From a virus (taxonomy: Duplodnaviria; Heunggongvirae; Uroviricota; Caudoviricetes), in the IMG/VR virus record IMGVR_UViG_2675903413_000001, positions 1 to 40,646 of that record: a stretch of 40,646 nt of DNA. One strand, 5' to 3'. This document shows, piece by piece, positions 39,313 through 40,646 of the stretch. The position numbers were made by a program, and so were the translations under genes. Position 1 is the stretch's first letter. The number at the start of each line of letters is the position of its first letter. Below the pieces are notes generated by a model. The model made no database searches, was not told where the DNA came from, and was given only the letters and a program-made list of their open reading frames with translations.

Positions 39313-40470
39313 TCACTCCACCTTTTCATCAATCCAGTCCGCCCACCACTGCATCATTTCTCTGCGCTTATCGAGATACTGAGCATGGTTGTAAATCCCG
39401 CGCACAGATCCGCCGTTGGCATGTGCAAGTTGCACTTCAATAGCGTCAGCAGGCCATTCGTGCTCGTTCATAATCGTGCTGAATTCATGCCTGAATCCGT
39501 GACCGCTTTCCAGACCCTCATAGCCGATTTGTTTAATCACAAGTAATACCGCGTTCTCGCAGATTGGCTTCTTCTTATCGTTGCGCCCGGCAAAAACAAA
39601 CTCTGATACTGGTTTAGTGATGGAGCTTAGCGTAGTGAGAAGTTCAACCACCTGGTCTGACATAGGAACAACATGAATCTTGCGGCCCTTCATCACACTG
39701 GCGTCGATGGTGATAATCCTGTTTTCAAAATCGACGTTCTTCCATTGCATGGAACGAAGCTCTTTCGTTCTTAGGGCTGTGTAGCGTAAAACTTTGGTCG
39801 CAATGAGCGATACGATGCTTCCTGAAAATGTTGCCAGTGCTTTGTTGAATGCAGGGATCTGGTCTGCTGGAAGAAACGGGAAGTTCTTCTTGCGGTATCC
39901 TTTCATGGCGTCTGCAAGGTCAGGTGCCGGGTTATATTTAGCCCTTCCGGTGACAATAGCGTAACGGAAAACCTCGCCGCATCTTCTGCGTGCTTTGTTG
40001 GCTCGCTCCATTGCACCGCGATCTTCAAATCTGCGGATTACTTCCAACAGTTGCATCGGCTCAATATCCTGAATTTCAAGGCCGCCGATGATGGGTAAAA
40101 TGTCGTCATCAAACATTTTTGCAAGTTCAGTCGCATACCCTACTGACCATACTTGCTTCTTGTGCTCGTACCATTCCTTGTAAATCGCACTAAAGGAATT
40201 GTTGTTAGACGAAGCCTTTTTCGCTTTTACCGGATCGATGCCAACCGAGATGTCTTTCCTCGCGGTCCATGCTTTATCCCTTGCCTCCTGCAAAGTCATA
40301 AGCGGATATTTTCCGACGGTCAGGATTTTCTCCTTACCGTCAATCTTGTAGCGAAGCTGCCATACCTTTTTCCCTGACACAGGGACATAAAGGTACAGGC
40401 CATTACCATCGAGAAGGCGGTATGGTTTTTCTTTCGGCTTTGCTGCTTCAATCTGCTTAACGGTGAGCAT
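39313..40470 (-). CDS. int: Tyrosine integrase (P4 family)
   Basis: N-terminus MLTVKQIEAAKPKEKPYRL typical of P4-type integrases; catalytic region with R...HxxR...Y; alternative GTG start 40506. Confidence 0.85.
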   Translation of the reverse strand: MLTVKQIEAAKPKEKPYRLLDGNGLYLYVPVSGKKVWQLRYKIDGKEKILTVGKYPLMTLQEARDKAWTARKDISVGIDPVKAKKASSNNNSFSAIYKEWYEHKKQVWSVGYATELAKMFDDDILPIIGGLEIQDIEPMQLLEVIRRFEDRGAMERANKARRRCGEVFRYAIVTGRAKYNPAPDLADAMKGYRKKNFPFLPADQIPAFNKALATFSGSIVSLIATKVLRYTALRTKELRSMQWKNVDFENRIITIDASVMKGRKIHVVPMSDQVVELLTTLSSITKPVSEFVFAGRNDKKKPICENAVLLVIKQIGYEGLESGHGFRHEFSTIMNEHEWPADAIEVQLAHANGGSVRGIYNHAQYLDKRREMMQWWADWIDEKVE

Positions 40471-40527
40471 GGGTAAAAATCCGGTGGGTAAAATTATTTT
40501 ATCCACTTTTTACCCGTCATGGTGTGC
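40471..40527. repeat. Arm-type repeats near attR: GGGTAAAA twice (40471..40478, 40485..40492) and TTTTACCC once (40517..40524)
   Basis: Same 8-bp motif as 75..95 at the other prophage end. Confidence 0.5.
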
Positions 40528-40630
40528 GGCTGTCAACGATCTGACGCGAACCATGCCGAACTGTTAATCTACGGAAAGCTTGATATTCAAGGGATTTTGC
40601 GGACTGGTACGGATGGGAGCGAACTGATAA

Positions 40631-40646
40631 ATGGTGTCCCCTGCAG
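40631..40646. repeat. attR: attR core: 16-bp direct repeat identical to 1..16
   Basis: Exact repeat at window end. Confidence 0.8.
40632..40646 (-). tRNA. 3' end of a tRNA gene (argW-type tRNA-Arg by recollection), truncated by the window edge
   Basis: Reverse complement CTGCAGGGGACACCA is a tRNA 3' end with CCA; the tRNA body would lie beyond the window. Confidence 0.4.

Noticed and set aside
1-40646. Search for transposases, IS elements, toxin-antitoxin pairs, retron or DGR signatures
   Set aside because: No transposase-like ORF, terminal inverted repeats, reverse-transcriptase motifs or obvious TA gene pairs were seen; the only mobile-element boundaries are the prophage att repeats.

Overview
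The window is a complete ~40.6-kb lambdoid, P22-like (Sf6/HK620-type) prophage. It begins and ends with the same 16-bp direct repeat (atggtgtcccctgcag, 1..16 and 40631..40646), whose reverse complement is a tRNA 3' end (…CTGCAGGGGACACCA, argW-type by recollection). All protein identifications were made by reading the translations against remembered families; no database search was run. Left to right: an AlpA-type xis-like gene with TTTTACCC arm repeats; a leftward early operon (accessory ea genes, SSB-like, Erf, Kil-like, CIII, an E/A/K/R-rich coiled-coil protein, N with nutL) with a plus-strand SieB-like membrane gene embedded in it; the immunity region (OL/pL, CI-type repressor, OR/PR, Cro, nutR, CII); replication genes (O-like with six internal iterons, DnaB-like helicase); a lambda-type nin region, Q, PR'/tR' and the S-R-Rz/Rz1 lysis cassette; a P22-like morphogenesis module (TerS, TerL, portal, scaffold, coat, gp4/gp10/gp26 homologues, gp14/7/20/16 ejection proteins); a modular tailspike; an O-antigen glucosylation cassette (gtrA, gtrB, type-specific gtr); and a P4-family tyrosine integrase next to attR. 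The strongest candidate for an undescribed function is an unassigned 340-aa gene (6714..7736) with its own terminator in the repressor-to-pL slot, where lambda carries rexAB. A second candidate is a three-gene AT-rich cluster (32907..33990) between the ejection genes and the tailspike: a membrane protein, a small HExxH protein and a Lys/Gly-rich micro-protein. No CRISPR array, transposase or IS element was seen.
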